A stretch of 64,000 nt of DNA from an uncultured delta proteobacterium (GCA_963696385.1 CAVOKF010000008.1:64001-128000), one strand, 5' to 3'; shown: positions 29,148-39,320, counted from the stretch's first letter. The notes: generated by a model from the letters alone, not told the origin. Program-made: numbers and translations.

Positions 29148-31022
29148 ATGGCACAGAACGACAAGGGCGGATCGGACCTCGACGTCTTCGAGGGCCTCGG
29201 TAAAAAGGGCGGCTCCTCGCACCCGCCCGCGGGTGCGCACAGCGCCCCGCCGCCTCCTCCATCGGCGCGCCCCCCTTCCGAAGCGGTGGGCAAGCGGACT
29301 TTGCTCGGCATCCCGGCGCCCACCCTCGGAGGCCCTTCGCCAAGCCCCCCGGTACGGACTCCCCCGCCCCCTCCGGGCCGGTCCACGCTGCCCCCGGTTG
29401 TGACGTCGTCGAAGGCGACCGCGCCCCAGCCGACCCAGCCCAGGTCCTCGTCGGTCGCCACCACCACCGCCGGCGTCGACGTCGAATGGGACGATGAAGA
29501 CGAAGCGACTCAAATCTTCGACGAAAGCCGCGACTCGCAGGGCGCCCGATCCGCTGCGATCGCGGCGGCCACAGCCGCGGCCGCTGCAAAGCCTGCTTCG
29601 GGCGCAGCCGCCGGCAAAGTCACGCTCTTGGGAGTTACGGCCCCATCGTTTTCGCCCCTTCCTCCTCCGCCCGGTTTTCCGCCTCCGACGAGTTCTCTTC
29701 CGCCACCGCCCGTGACGCAGCCGGGACTCGGCCTTCCGCGTTCGCCGGTGTCGACGATCCCGCCGCGCGGGTCCTTCGGTCCCCCGCCCGTCTTCATGCC
29801 TGCCCAAGCCGGGCTCCCCGGATCCGGAACGGTCCACGAACACCTCGAGTCGCACGCAGGTGCGATGGAGTCCACGGCCCTGCTGCGCCCGCAGAGCAGC
29901 CGGACGGGGCTCTGGATCGTGGTCGGGCTTGCCGCCGCGGCCCTGCTGGCGGTCTCCGTCGTCTTTCTCGGCGCCCCGCACACCGGCCAGATCGTGGTCA
30001 ACGTGAACGACGCCAAGGGGGCCGCGATGAGCCACGTCGACATTTTCGTCGACGGGCGAAAGCAATGCGACTCCGCGCCGTGTCTCGTCGACCAAGTGGC
30101 CAACGGGTCGCACGAGGTCAAAGTGGTCGCCGAAGGCTTCAACCAACCGGCCATTCAGAACGTGTCGGTCGAAGGGCGTAAGCAGGCCGCCGCCAGCTTC
30201 ACGTTGAGCGCGCCCAAGGGATCGGGGCTCAAGGCATCCGGCACTCAGCCCGGCGTGAAACTCTACGTGGACGGCAAAGAAATCGGCCCGTTGCCCCAAG
30301 AGGTGTACGAATTGTCGCCCGGAGACCACATCGTCAAAGTGGCCGGCTCCGAGCGCTACGAGTCGATCGAAAAGCACGTCACGATCGACCGCGACCAGAT
30401 CGTCGATCTCGGCAACCTGACGCTCAAGGTGCTGCACGGCAAAGCCACGATTACGCTGGCGACCCCGGGGGCGCGCGTATCCATCGTGAGCGGAACCGAT
30501 CGTCGTGAGCTGCCGATGCTACCGATTTCGGTCGACATCGACACGACGAAGGCGTGGTCGCTCGAGGCCAGTCGCCCCGGATACGAGGACTACCACCAGC
30601 CGATTAGCTTCGATGACGGTCAGGCCGAAAAGTCCATCGCCATCGCGCTGGTCGCGAAAACCCAGAGTGCGCCGCCGGTCGTCTACTACGGGCCCGCCAC
30701 TCCGGCTGCCGCGCCCGCGGCTCTGCCCCCCCCCGCACCGGCGCCAGCCCCCGTTTCTGCCCCTGCCCCGCAACCCCAGGCCGCAGCGGCGCCCGCCCCC
30801 GCTGCGGAGGCAGGCGAGGCATTTCTCAACATCAACTCGATCCCGCCGTCGACGTGCTTCGTCGACGGCCGCTCGCTCGGCAGCACGCCGCGCATTCACG
30901 TCGCGGTCAAGGCAGGGACTCACACCGTCAGGTTCATCAACGCCGATCAGGGGCTGACCAAGACGATTTCGGTCTCGGTCAACGCCGGCGAAACGAAGCC
31001 GGCGGTCGCAAAACTGAACTGA
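29148..31022 (+). CDS. Pro-rich single-pass membrane protein with multiple PEGA domains
   Basis: Pro-rich N-terminus, TM (LWIVVGLAAAALLAVSVVFL), repeated IFVDG/LYVDG/FVDG..GxH PEGA units. GGAG RBS before ATG 29148. Confidence 0.85.
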   Translation: MAQNDKGGSDLDVFEGLGKKGGSSHPPAGAHSAPPPPPSARPPSEAVGKRTLLGIPAPTLGGPSPSPPVRTPPPPPGRSTLPPVVTSSKATAPQPTQPRSSSVATTTAGVDVEWDDEDEATQIFDESRDSQGARSAAIAAATAAAAAKPASGAAAGKVTLLGVTAPSFSPLPPPPGFPPPTSSLPPPPVTQPGLGLPRSPVSTIPPRGSFGPPPVFMPAQAGLPGSGTVHEHLESHAGAMESTALLRPQSSRTGLWIVVGLAAAALLAVSVVFLGAPHTGQIVVNVNDAKGAAMSHVDIFVDGRKQCDSAPCLVDQVANGSHEVKVVAEGFNQPAIQNVSVEGRKQAAASFTLSAPKGSGLKASGTQPGVKLYVDGKEIGPLPQEVYELSPGDHIVKVAGSERYESIEKHVTIDRDQIVDLGNLTLKVLHGKATITLATPGARVSIVSGTDRRELPMLPISVDIDTTKAWSLEASRPGYEDYHQPISFDDGQAEKSIAIALVAKTQSAPPVVYYGPATPAAAPAALPPPAPAPAPVSAPAPQPQAAAAPAPAAEAGEAFLNINSIPPSTCFVDGRSLGSTPRIHVAVKAGTHTVRFINADQGLTKTISVSVNAGETKPAVAKLN

Positions 31023-31040
31023 ACGGTCGGTCGACAGCCC

Positions 31041-32480
31041 ATGGCCGGGTCGGCGCCCAAACCGCATATCCTGGTCGTCGACGACGAGCCGGGGCTGCGC
31101 GACATGCTGGCTATTTTTTTCAAGCGCGAAGCGATGGACGTCACGATTGCCCCCGGCTTCGCCCAGGGGCGCGATGCCGTGGTGCACGCGCCGGAACCGT
31201 ACGCGATCGTCTTGACCGATTTGCTCATGCCGGATGGCAACGGCTTGGACCTGATCTCGCTCGTCAAGCAGAGGACCGCGCGCACCGAGGTGATCGTGAT
31301 GACGGCGCACGGCCAGGTCGAGACGGCCATCGAAGCGATGAAGCGCGGCGCGTACGACTTCGTCACCAAGCCGTTCGCCACGAGCGAGCTTCGCGCCATC
31401 GTGCACAAGGCGCTCGAAAAGCGCGCGATCGTGACGGAAAACGAGAGGCTTCGCGCCCAGCTGCTGCGCGAGCGCGGCCACGAGATCCTCGGGCACTCCG
31501 AGCCGATGCGTCGCATCTTCGACATGGTCCAGCGAATCGCGCCCGCACGGACGACCGTTCTCATCACCGGCGAAAGCGGGACGGGCAAAGAACGTATTGC
31601 CCGCGCCATCCACGAGGCGAGCGACCGCCGGGACAAGCGCATGCTGGTCGTCAACTGCGGAGCCATTCCGGAGAATCTCATCGAGGCGGAGCTCTTCGGC
31701 CACGAACGCGGAGCGTTCACGGGCGCCGTGTCGAGCCGACTCGGGCTGTTTCGCGAGGCGGAGGGCGGAACCATTCTGCTCGACGAGGTGGCCGATCTGC
31801 CGCTCGCGTTGCAAGTCAAACTGCTCCGAGTGTTGCAGGAGAGAAAGGTGCGCACTCTCGGGGGCTCCGCGGAACTGCCGGTGGACGTGCGCGTGCTCGC
31901 CGCCACCAATCGCAACGTCGAGGAGGACGTCCGCGCCGGGCGCTTTCGACAGGATCTTTATTATCGTCTCAACGTCATTCGCGTTCAGGTGCCGCCGTTA
32001 CGCGATCGACGCGAGGACGTCCGTCCGCTCGCCCTTCATTTCCTATCGCGCTGCGCGGCCGAACAAAGCAAAGACATCCACGGCCTGTCGGCCGAAGCGC
32101 TGCGCGCGCTGGAGGCGTACGCATTTCCCGGCAACGTCCGCGAGCTCGAAAACGTCATCGAACGCGCGATCGCGCTGGCATCGGGTCCCACCATCGGGCT
32201 GGGCGACCTACCTGTCGAGCTTTCGGGCGCCACCTCGCAGCCCATGCCCGCCTTGGTCGGCTTGCCGGAGGCCGGTTGCAATCTCGACGATGTCCTGGGC
32301 GAGGTCGAGAGACGCCTGCTGATCCAAGCGCTCGAGCGGTCCGGGGGCGTTCGAACGCAAGCGGCGAAGCTCCTGGGGGTCACCCTGCGCAGCCTCCGGT
32401 ACCGCTTCAACAAGCACTCCCTCTCCGACGGGGCCGATGATGTGGGTGACTCGGAGTCGCCCGCCGCCGACGAGGGATGA
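31041..32480 (+). CDS. pilR: Sigma54-dependent response regulator (NtrC family), PilR-like
   Basis: REC domain (VVDDE, DLLMP), GESGTGKE, GAFTGA and FPGNVRELEN motifs, HTH with LRSLRYR. Immediately upstream of the pilins. Confidence 0.8.
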   Translation: MAGSAPKPHILVVDDEPGLRDMLAIFFKREAMDVTIAPGFAQGRDAVVHAPEPYAIVLTDLLMPDGNGLDLISLVKQRTARTEVIVMTAHGQVETAIEAMKRGAYDFVTKPFATSELRAIVHKALEKRAIVTENERLRAQLLRERGHEILGHSEPMRRIFDMVQRIAPARTTVLITGESGTGKERIARAIHEASDRRDKRMLVVNCGAIPENLIEAELFGHERGAFTGAVSSRLGLFREAEGGTILLDEVADLPLALQVKLLRVLQERKVRTLGGSAELPVDVRVLAATNRNVEEDVRAGRFRQDLYYRLNVIRVQVPPLRDRREDVRPLALHFLSRCAAEQSKDIHGLSAEALRALEAYAFPGNVRELENVIERAIALASGPTIGLGDLPVELSGATSQPMPALVGLPEAGCNLDDVLGEVERRLLIQALERSGGVRTQAAKLLGVTLRSLRYRFNKHSLSDGADDVGDSESPAADEG

Positions 32481-32759
32481 ACACGCCCAGCCTGCACCGC
32501 GGGCGTACCCAGCAGAGCTCGAGTGTCTTTCAACGGGGCGCTTACTGAGCTCTCCGGCCAACGCAGCGCGCCACACGGCGAGAGCCCCGCACGCGGGGAC
32601 GCGACGCGCCCAAAAAGGGCACCCCAGGCACTTCGATCCCCCCGGGTGGGACGAAAATTGTCATCGCCCCGCGACGCCATCGGGATTGCGATTCCGGAAA
32701 ACGCCGTAATTCGCGGTTATTCCTAGTTTGGCGACATCGCGATACGAAATCCCGCGCAC

Positions 32760-32775
32760 TGGCACGAGCACTGCA
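32760..32775 (+). promoter_or_regulatory. Sigma54 (-24/-12) promoter of the pilin genes
   Basis: TGGCACGAGCACTGCA has GG-N10-GC spacing and lies directly downstream of a sigma54 activator gene. Confidence 0.8.
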
Positions 32776-32787
32776 TGTGACCCGGAC

Positions 32788-33354
32788 GTGGCACCACGCC
32801 AAAACCGCGGCTTCACCCTCGTCGAGATGATGATCGTCGTCGTCATCATTGGCGTGCTCGCAACTCTGGCGGTGCTCGGGTACCGCCAGATCATCCAGGC
32901 GTCGCACGTCTCGGAAGCCACGAACATGGTTCAAAACATTCGGGTCGCCCAGGAGGCGTATCATTCGGAGACGCAGCAATACGCGAGTCTGTCCGCGAGC
33001 ATCCCGACGACGCTCACGGGAGGCTGGTATCCGCAGAATCCTCAATACGGGATCGCGACCGGCTGGGGCGCCGCCTGCAGCGGTTGCGGAGGTACCGTCA
33101 GCTGGCAGGTGCTGCCGCTTCACGTCGACGGGCCTGTCATTTTTGGATACGCGGCGATTGCCAACTCCGGCGTGGCCACCGCACCCGCGTCCCTCTCGCC
33201 CTACAACGGGGGCAGTCTGACGATTCAGGCGCCCTCGACGGACTGGTACATCATCGGGGCCGCCGCCGACCTGGACGACAATCCTTCGGCTTGGACGAGC
33301 GTCTACGCCGTCTCATGGTCCAATCAAGTTTTCGTAAGCAACGAGGGGCTCTAA
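32788..33354 (+). CDS. Type IV pilin 1
   Basis: MAPRQNRG|FTLVEMMIVVVIIGVLA class III signal peptide. GTG start at 32788 inferred. Confidence 0.92.
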   Translation: MAPRQNRGFTLVEMMIVVVIIGVLATLAVLGYRQIIQASHVSEATNMVQNIRVAQEAYHSETQQYASLSASIPTTLTGGWYPQNPQYGIATGWGAACSGCGGTVSWQVLPLHVDGPVIFGYAAIANSGVATAPASLSPYNGGSLTIQAPSTDWYIIGAAADLDDNPSAWTSVYAVSWSNQVFVSNEGL

Positions 33355-33388
33355 AAGCAACCACACACGTGAAAGGCAGTCCATACCC

Positions 33389-33961
33389 ATGAAACGATGG
33401 CTACGCAGTAAAGAACGAGGGTTTACATTGATCGAGCTCATGATCGTCGTCGCGATCATCGGCATTCTTGCGGTGCTCGCCATCTACGGCGTGCGCAAGT
33501 ACATCGCGAACGCGAAGACGGCCGAAGCGCGAAATTCGCTCGGTCAGATCGCGAAGGACGCGGCCACGGCGGCCGAACGCGAAAAGGGGACGTCGGCGAT
33601 CATCGGCCCAGGCTCCAACTCTGCCCTCCTGCGATCGTTCTGCACGAGTGCCACCGCGGTCCCGTCGACCGGTGTTCCCCAGGGCCAGAAGTATCAATCC
33701 CAGGCCTCGGACTGGGCCTCCGGCAGCGCCATCGGCGGCTGGCAGTGCCTGAAATTTTCGCTCGAAGAGCCTCAGTACTACCAGTACGCCTATACCTGTG
33801 CTGCGGCGAACACGTCGGCGATCAACGGCAACTTCGAGGCCGATGCCTACGGCGACTTGAACGGCAACGGCATCACGTCGGATTTCATGATCAGTGGCGT
33901 AGCCACGAGCGGATCCATCGCGATTTCTCCGAATATCCAAGAAACCAATCCGGAGGAATGA
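33389..33961 (+). CDS. pilA: Type IV pilin 2 (probable major pilin)
   Basis: MKRWLRSKERG|FTLIELMIVVAIIGILA...AKTAEARNSL; C-terminal AYGDLNGNG; followed by a strong hairpin. Confidence 0.8.
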   Translation: MKRWLRSKERGFTLIELMIVVAIIGILAVLAIYGVRKYIANAKTAEARNSLGQIAKDAATAAEREKGTSAIIGPGSNSALLRSFCTSATAVPSTGVPQGQKYQSQASDWASGSAIGGWQCLKFSLEEPQYYQYAYTCAAANTSAINGNFEADAYGDLNGNGITSDFMISGVATSGSIAISPNIQETNPEE

Positions 33962-33977
33962 TCCTCGGCTCATGCCC

Positions 33978-34013
33978 TTGAGGCGATCGACACCTCGGTG
34001 TCGATCGCCTCAA
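33978..34013 (+). terminator. Perfect hairpin after the pilin genes
   Basis: TTGAGGCGATCGACACC-TC-GGTGTCGATCGCCTCAA (17-bp inverted repeat), followed by TGTATTT. Confidence 0.75.
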
Positions 34014-34031
34014 TGTATTTGCCCATCGACC

Positions 34032-35702
34032 ATGACAGATCCTTTCAACCCCGATCGGGCAGGGCGCTACGCCCCATGGATCGCGGGCGTCCTCTTCGCT
34101 TTGCCGGTACTCATCGCGAGGTACCCGCCGATGGCCGATTTGCCTCTCCACGAGGCGAGCATTGGTCTATGGCGTCATTGGGGAGACAGCCGATTCGCGC
34201 CTCCCGCACTCTATTTTTTGAATCTGGGACACGCGAATCAGCTTTTTTCGTTGTTGGTCCTACCCCTTGCGTACGTGTTGCCCGTTGCCTGGGCGAGCAA
34301 GATCGTCGTCGCCGGATGTCTGCTCGCTCTTCCTTTGGCAGCCGCGCACCTGTCGACTTACTTGGAAGCGAGCCGATGGCCGGCGCTGCTCATCGCCCCA
34401 CTCGGCCTCGGATGGCTGTTCTTTTGGGGTCTCGTTCAGAACATTCTCGGACTCGTCGCCCTCCTTTGGGTGCTTCCTGCGATCGACCGCTTCGCCGCAC
34501 GCCCAACCGCCAGGGGGTCGTTGGTCGTCTGCAGCGGCATGCTGCTTCTGCATTTTGCTCACCAAGCCATGTTGCTGGTCGCGTGCATGGCGCTGGTCGT
34601 TTGCTGCGTGGGGACCTCGATGCGGCCCCGGTCTCTCGCCTGGCGCGCTGTGCCACTCGCCTTCTGCCTGACTTTGATCTTCGCGGCCCAATGGTACGCC
34701 TGGCGCGTCGCTGGACCGCGCTCGTTCGACGCGGCGCCGTATGCCTTCGTATCGTTGCAATACAAGCTGAAGTCGATCCCGGGGATCCTTTTCGGCGGAT
34801 TCGAGCTTTACATCCGAAACCTCATGATGGCGCTCGCCGCGGTACCCGTGGTGCTCTTCGCCATTGCGCGCTTCGACCGACGCGAGCTCCGCGAGATGAC
34901 ATTTTTCGAGCGAATTCATCGGTGGCGTTTCGAGTTGCTCGCACTCCTGCTCTTCTTGGTTTTTGTTGCAGCGCCGATGACGATGAGGACCACGACCCTC
35001 GTCTATCACCGCTTCTTGCCGCCCGTGTGGAGTCTCGTGGCGATTTGCGCCGCGTCGCACGGGGCCGGCGCCGCAGCGCGCCCGCTCGCACGCGGCCTGT
35101 GCGCGATCGTGCCCATCGCCTCGCTCCTGATCGCATGGCCGTCGTTCGCCGATAGTGACCGGGTGTACTCGAACTTGGATACGGTCATGGCGCCGATGCA
35201 GCCCGGAACCACCGTGATGACCCTGAATCTCGGACCCAATCCGGCATGTCGAATGTGGAGCCCGATGAACGCCATGGGTCACATCGTCGCCGTAAACGGG
35301 GGGCGCAGTCTCTTCGACTACTCCTTTTCCCCCGTCTCGCCGGTGGCACAGCGGGCGAACAAGCAATGGGTCGAACCCATCGATCGCATGGAGAAAGACG
35401 CGTTCCAATTGCGTCCGGATTGGGATTTCACGCGCTTTCGCTACGTGCTCGTCGCGACCTCGAAGCCCGGGCTGGCCGAAGCCGTTAGGATGGTGCTGCA
35501 AAACGACGCCACCCTTTTGGCCGCAAAGGGGGACTGGTACTTGTTCGAATCGCGTCTCGCGCTCGTTGCCTTCGACTCCGACGACGCTCCGCTGCCGACT
35601 CCGCCACCGCCGACCCTGCACAAATTGTTACGAGACTTTGCGCGCGAGATCGAAGAGACGGAGCGATGGGATTCGGACCTCGGGGGCTTGAATGCTCACT
35701 GA
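34032..35702 (+). CDS. Polytopic membrane protein, GT-C-like (candidate glycan transferase)
   Basis: About 10-12 hydrophobic segments, PPMADLPLH acidic loop after TM1, soluble C-terminal domain. Function inferred from topology and position. Confidence 0.6.
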   Translation: MTDPFNPDRAGRYAPWIAGVLFALPVLIARYPPMADLPLHEASIGLWRHWGDSRFAPPALYFLNLGHANQLFSLLVLPLAYVLPVAWASKIVVAGCLLALPLAAAHLSTYLEASRWPALLIAPLGLGWLFFWGLVQNILGLVALLWVLPAIDRFAARPTARGSLVVCSGMLLLHFAHQAMLLVACMALVVCCVGTSMRPRSLAWRAVPLAFCLTLIFAAQWYAWRVAGPRSFDAAPYAFVSLQYKLKSIPGILFGGFELYIRNLMMALAAVPVVLFAIARFDRRELREMTFFERIHRWRFELLALLLFLVFVAAPMTMRTTTLVYHRFLPPVWSLVAICAASHGAGAAARPLARGLCAIVPIASLLIAWPSFADSDRVYSNLDTVMAPMQPGTTVMTLNLGPNPACRMWSPMNAMGHIVAVNGGRSLFDYSFSPVSPVAQRANKQWVEPIDRMEKDAFQLRPDWDFTRFRYVLVATSKPGLAEAVRMVLQNDATLLAAKGDWYLFESRLALVAFDSDDAPLPTPPPPTLHKLLRDFAREIEETERWDSDLGGLNAH

Positions 35703-35717
35703 ACGACCCGCCTCCCC

Positions 35718-36497
35718 ATGAATGACCGATCCGAGGTGCAAGCGGCGAACGCCGAGCGCTGGTCGGCCGATGACGACGGCTGGCGCGGCTACCGACGGGT
35801 CGGCTCGGGGATCGTCCTGGACGATCGCGTCAAGACGACACTCGACCTGCTGCTTCCTGCGCCCAACGGCGCGATGCTCGATGTCGGGTGCGCAACGGGT
35901 GTCATCACGGAGCTCATGGCGCGCCGAACGGGCGTCGCCAGCGTGGTCGGCGTCGACTTCGTGGCCATCGAGGGCACGCCCGTAAACGTCCAGGCGGTGA
36001 ATCTCGACTCGAACGATCCTCTTCCTTACCCCGACGCGGTCTTCGACGTCGTTACCTGTCTCGAGACGCTCGAGCACGTGCACGACACCGACCAACTCGT
36101 TGCCGAACTGCGCCGTGTTCTAAAGCCCGACGGGTACGCCGTACTCTCTGTACCCCGCATTGATGGGCTGTTGACGGCAGGGATGCTGCTACTCGGAATG
36201 CAACCGCCCGCGATTGACTGCTCGCTCCGGCATCGATACGGAGCGCCGGAGCCGGGCGCGCGCGTCTCCGGGCACGTATCCCATTTCACGAGGCGGGCCT
36301 TTGAGCAACTGCTCACCGCGCAAGGACTCCGCATCGAAGCCTTCGCCCAAGCGGGCATCTACACGAGTTGGCTACTGGCTTCGGACAGGCCGGCCCTGTG
36401 GAAAAGGATCCCTTTATGGGCGCTCTCGCGGCTGCCGTGCAAACAGGACGTCCAAATTGTCCGGGCCCGGCCGATGCTGGCCGCGGCGGCAAGATAG
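35718..36497 (+). CDS. Class I SAM-dependent methyltransferase
   Basis: LDVGCATG, FDVVTCLETLEHV and RVLKPDG motifs. Confidence 0.9.
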   Translation: MNDRSEVQAANAERWSADDDGWRGYRRVGSGIVLDDRVKTTLDLLLPAPNGAMLDVGCATGVITELMARRTGVASVVGVDFVAIEGTPVNVQAVNLDSNDPLPYPDAVFDVVTCLETLEHVHDTDQLVAELRRVLKPDGYAVLSVPRIDGLLTAGMLLLGMQPPAIDCSLRHRYGAPEPGARVSGHVSHFTRRAFEQLLTAQGLRIEAFAQAGIYTSWLLASDRPALWKRIPLWALSRLPCKQDVQIVRARPMLAAAAR

Positions 36498-36535
36498 ACA
36501 GACTCCACGCGGGCCCGGCAGCCTCATCGGCGCAA

Positions 36536-37432
36536 TCACGGCGCGCGCAACTCCAGGCGACGACGCGCCTGCGGCGTGCGCGGACGCCTGTCGACCACGA
36601 ACGCATGCAAGTGAGCCATTCGCTCGACGAGCTTGCCGGTCGCGCCTTCGAACGCCGGATGACGCAGAAGCGCTGGCAGGAGCTCATCGAGCCAGCCGGG
36701 CCCGCCAAAATAAGGCCAACGTTCGGGGCCATAGACATACTTCGCCGACAAGCGTGCTCCGCGCTCGGGCGGCGCGAATCGCGCCCCGCCCCGGACCACG
36801 AACAGCTGCTTCAGCCGATCCGCCAGACTCTGACCGGGAGCGACGGGTAGATCGGGCCACCATGGCGCATCGAAGTACACGTGCTCGCGAACACGGCCCA
36901 ACCGCCAAAGCGCCGGCGCGAGAGTGTCGGTCCTCCATACAGCCGGCGCCGACGCCCCTCCGAGAACACGTACGGCTGTAAAGCCCCAATTGCTCGGATT
37001 GCACGTTGCCACAATGAGCACTTTGCGAGCGAGCTCACCCAACGTCGACAGGTACCCGCGCCAATCTCGAACGAAAGGCAACGCGTGATAGACGAGGACC
37101 AGGTCGCTCGCCGGCAGTTCACCGACGCGTGCAAGGTCGTCGATCACGCGAACCTCCGCGTGGCCGCCCGGCGCCGCCGCCGCGTAAACGCTGCGCGCCG
37201 TCGACGCAGCCTGCTCCGAAGCCACGGCCGCGATGACCCGCACGCCTCGCTGAGCGAGTCCGACAGAATGGACGCCGCGAATACCCGCCATGCCATCGAC
37301 GGGTCCTTCGAGAGCGCTTTCGACCTCGTACTCGTCGGCCCAGGCCCGCATTCGCTGGTAGAAGCACCATCGCTCGTACGCGGTTCCCAACCCCCGGTCG
37401 TTGGCGATCGCCTGCGTGGCCAACGAGTTCAT
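36536..37432 (-). CDS. Hypothetical protein, possible divergent methyltransferase fold
   Basis: Last gene of a tightly overlapping operon. ALEGPVDGMAG and SDLVLVYHALPFVRDW segments resemble MTase motifs. Confidence 0.65.
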   Translation of the reverse strand: MNSLATQAIANDRGLGTAYERWCFYQRMRAWADEYEVESALEGPVDGMAGIRGVHSVGLAQRGVRVIAAVASEQAASTARSVYAAAAPGGHAEVRVIDDLARVGELPASDLVLVYHALPFVRDWRGYLSTLGELARKVLIVATCNPSNWGFTAVRVLGGASAPAVWRTDTLAPALWRLGRVREHVYFDAPWWPDLPVAPGQSLADRLKQLFVVRGGARFAPPERGARLSAKYVYGPERWPYFGGPGWLDELLPALLRHPAFEGATGKLVERMAHLHAFVVDRRPRTPQARRRLELRAP

Positions 37433-38232
37433 CGAAATCCGGCCTTCGTCATTGAGCCGCGGGGCACGTCGCGGTCCATCTCACAAAGATACAGAAACCC
37501 TAGCGCGAATGCGCCCGGCATCCGTTCGTGCAGCCGAGGTGTCGTCACGACGCGCGTGAGCCACGGCGGCAGTCGGAATTTCGAATCGGTGAAGCGCTCG
37601 GGGAAGTAATAATGGCGCTCCACGACTCGAAACCCATTGGCGTCGATGAAGCGCTCGAAAAGCGACTTGGAAAAGAGCCGTACATGGTTCGAGAACAGTT
37701 CGTCGGCCCCATGAGCCGTGTCCATGATGTCGACGAATTCTCCCGAAAGAAAAATAAGTCGATTGAAGAGGTTCAGCGTGTTGGGCACGCACAGAAGCGC
37801 CGCGCCATCGCGTCGCAGCACCCGACGAATCTCACCCAGCAAGCGGCCGGGGGCAAAAACATGCTCGAATACGTCGTAGCAGAGCACGACGTCGAATTCG
37901 CCGTCGGAAAAAGGCAGATCCTCGGTTTCGAGGTCGACGGCTCGTCCTTCGATGCCTCTCGCCGCGAGCGATCGGACAGCGTCGCCGGACATTTCGACGC
38001 CGCACAGCCGACGCCCCGGCGAACGCAGCGCCGAAAGCACTTGACCGCTGCCGCATCCGACGTCGAGGAGCGACCGCGCCGCCCTCACGCGTGGATGGGT
38101 GCGCGTGACGTCTGTCTTCCACCGCACGTGTTCCGCCGTGACCAAACCCGGAGAGCGCCAGTAGTCGCGATAGTAGTCACCCCGCTGCTTCGTTGCGGCG
38201 TCTCCATGGGCTTCGGCGTCCGTCCGGATCAT
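37429..38232 (-). CDS. Class I SAM-dependent methyltransferase
   Basis: LLDVGCGSG, FDVVLCYDVFEHV and RRVLRRDG motifs. ATG at 38232 overlaps the upstream stop. Confidence 0.9.
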   Translation of the reverse strand: MIRTDAEAHGDAATKQRGDYYRDYWRSPGLVTAEHVRWKTDVTRTHPRVRAARSLLDVGCGSGQVLSALRSPGRRLCGVEMSGDAVRSLAARGIEGRAVDLETEDLPFSDGEFDVVLCYDVFEHVFAPGRLLGEIRRVLRRDGAALLCVPNTLNLFNRLIFLSGEFVDIMDTAHGADELFSNHVRLFSKSLFERFIDANGFRVVERHYYFPERFTDSKFRLPPWLTRVVTTPRLHERMPGAFALGFLYLCEMDRDVPRGSMTKAGFR

Positions 38233-39320
38233 ACGCCCAACATATTGCCCGCCACTCTTGCGAGCGACGGGGCGTCGAGCAGCAGATTCGTGTAGCTCGC
38301 GTTGGCGAGCGGGCACGCGCACTCGTGAGCGCGAACACTGGCGCGAAACGCGTCGGCCTGCGGGCCGAACCAAAGCTTGCCGAAATCGTAGCCGTGATCG
38401 CGCAGGTTGCCGACCGATTCGGCCCGGACGCAGCAACCCCAGACATGACCATCGGGCGCGATCTGGGCGCTCGCCCAGCCGGCGTAGCAATCGATGACCT
38501 GCCGTCGTTGCTCGAGAATGCGTGCCGAAAGCTCGTAGTATTCCAAGCGAAGCGACTCGACCAGGCGCGCCACGGGGTGCGTCGACCGATGGGAGCGGAT
38601 GGCGTTGCTCAGGTGCTGCACCGCTCGGCGGTAGTCGGCCGAATCGGGAGTGATGGGCTTGTCCATCGTCTTGAGTTCGACGCGATTTTCGGCCACTTCG
38701 GCGATGTACGAGTCGGGGCGGAAAATGGCGCGAGCTTCGCGTTCAATCTCCGGAATTCTGTGGACGTTGAATTTCGAAATGACGGTGTGCACTCCCAGAA
38801 CGACGTGGGGGTACGTTTTTTTCAGGTCGTGAATCAGGTCCGCGACAAGCTTCAGTTTTTCGAAGTTGCGGTCGGCGCCCCGGATGCGATCGTGCGCCTC
38901 GCCGATCTCGTCGACGGACAGGTTCAACACCAGCTGCGATCCCAGCGTGTAGTGCGCAATCTTCGGGAGCAGCTGGAAGATCCGCTCGGTGATGATTCCG
39001 TTCATCGGAATGTTCACGATGCCTGGCTCGATCTGCGTGCGAACCAGGCGCACGACCTCGTCGAAGTCCGCGCGGACGAACTGATCGCCGCCCGAGAGCG
39101 TGACCCAAACGGGGACCTTGCCGAGACTCGGGAAAATGCGCGCGTACTCGTCGACCGAGAGATCGTCGACTTTCTTCTGCCAAATGTCGCACGTGGCGCA
39201 GCGCGAGGGGCACGAGTACGTGACCGAGACGGTCAAGTTGACCGGAAGCTGCTTGGGCGCCCCGGCCGCGTGCGCCGCGCGGTACCCGGCGAGCCGGGCG
39301 ATGAGCGGCAGCTTTCTCAC
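38229..39320 (-). CDS. Radical SAM protein with SPASM/twitch domain
   Basis: CPSRCATC, LSGGDQ, CYAG...DGHVWGCC, GNLR and CACP motifs. GTG at 39320 overlaps the GT2 stop. Confidence 0.92.
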   Translation of the reverse strand: MRKLPLIARLAGYRAAHAAGAPKQLPVNLTVSVTYSCPSRCATCDIWQKKVDDLSVDEYARIFPSLGKVPVWVTLSGGDQFVRADFDEVVRLVRTQIEPGIVNIPMNGIITERIFQLLPKIAHYTLGSQLVLNLSVDEIGEAHDRIRGADRNFEKLKLVADLIHDLKKTYPHVVLGVHTVISKFNVHRIPEIEREARAIFRPDSYIAEVAENRVELKTMDKPITPDSADYRRAVQHLSNAIRSHRSTHPVARLVESLRLEYYELSARILEQRRQVIDCYAGWASAQIAPDGHVWGCCVRAESVGNLRDHGYDFGKLWFGPQADAFRASVRAHECACPLANASYTNLLLDAPSLARVAGNMLGV

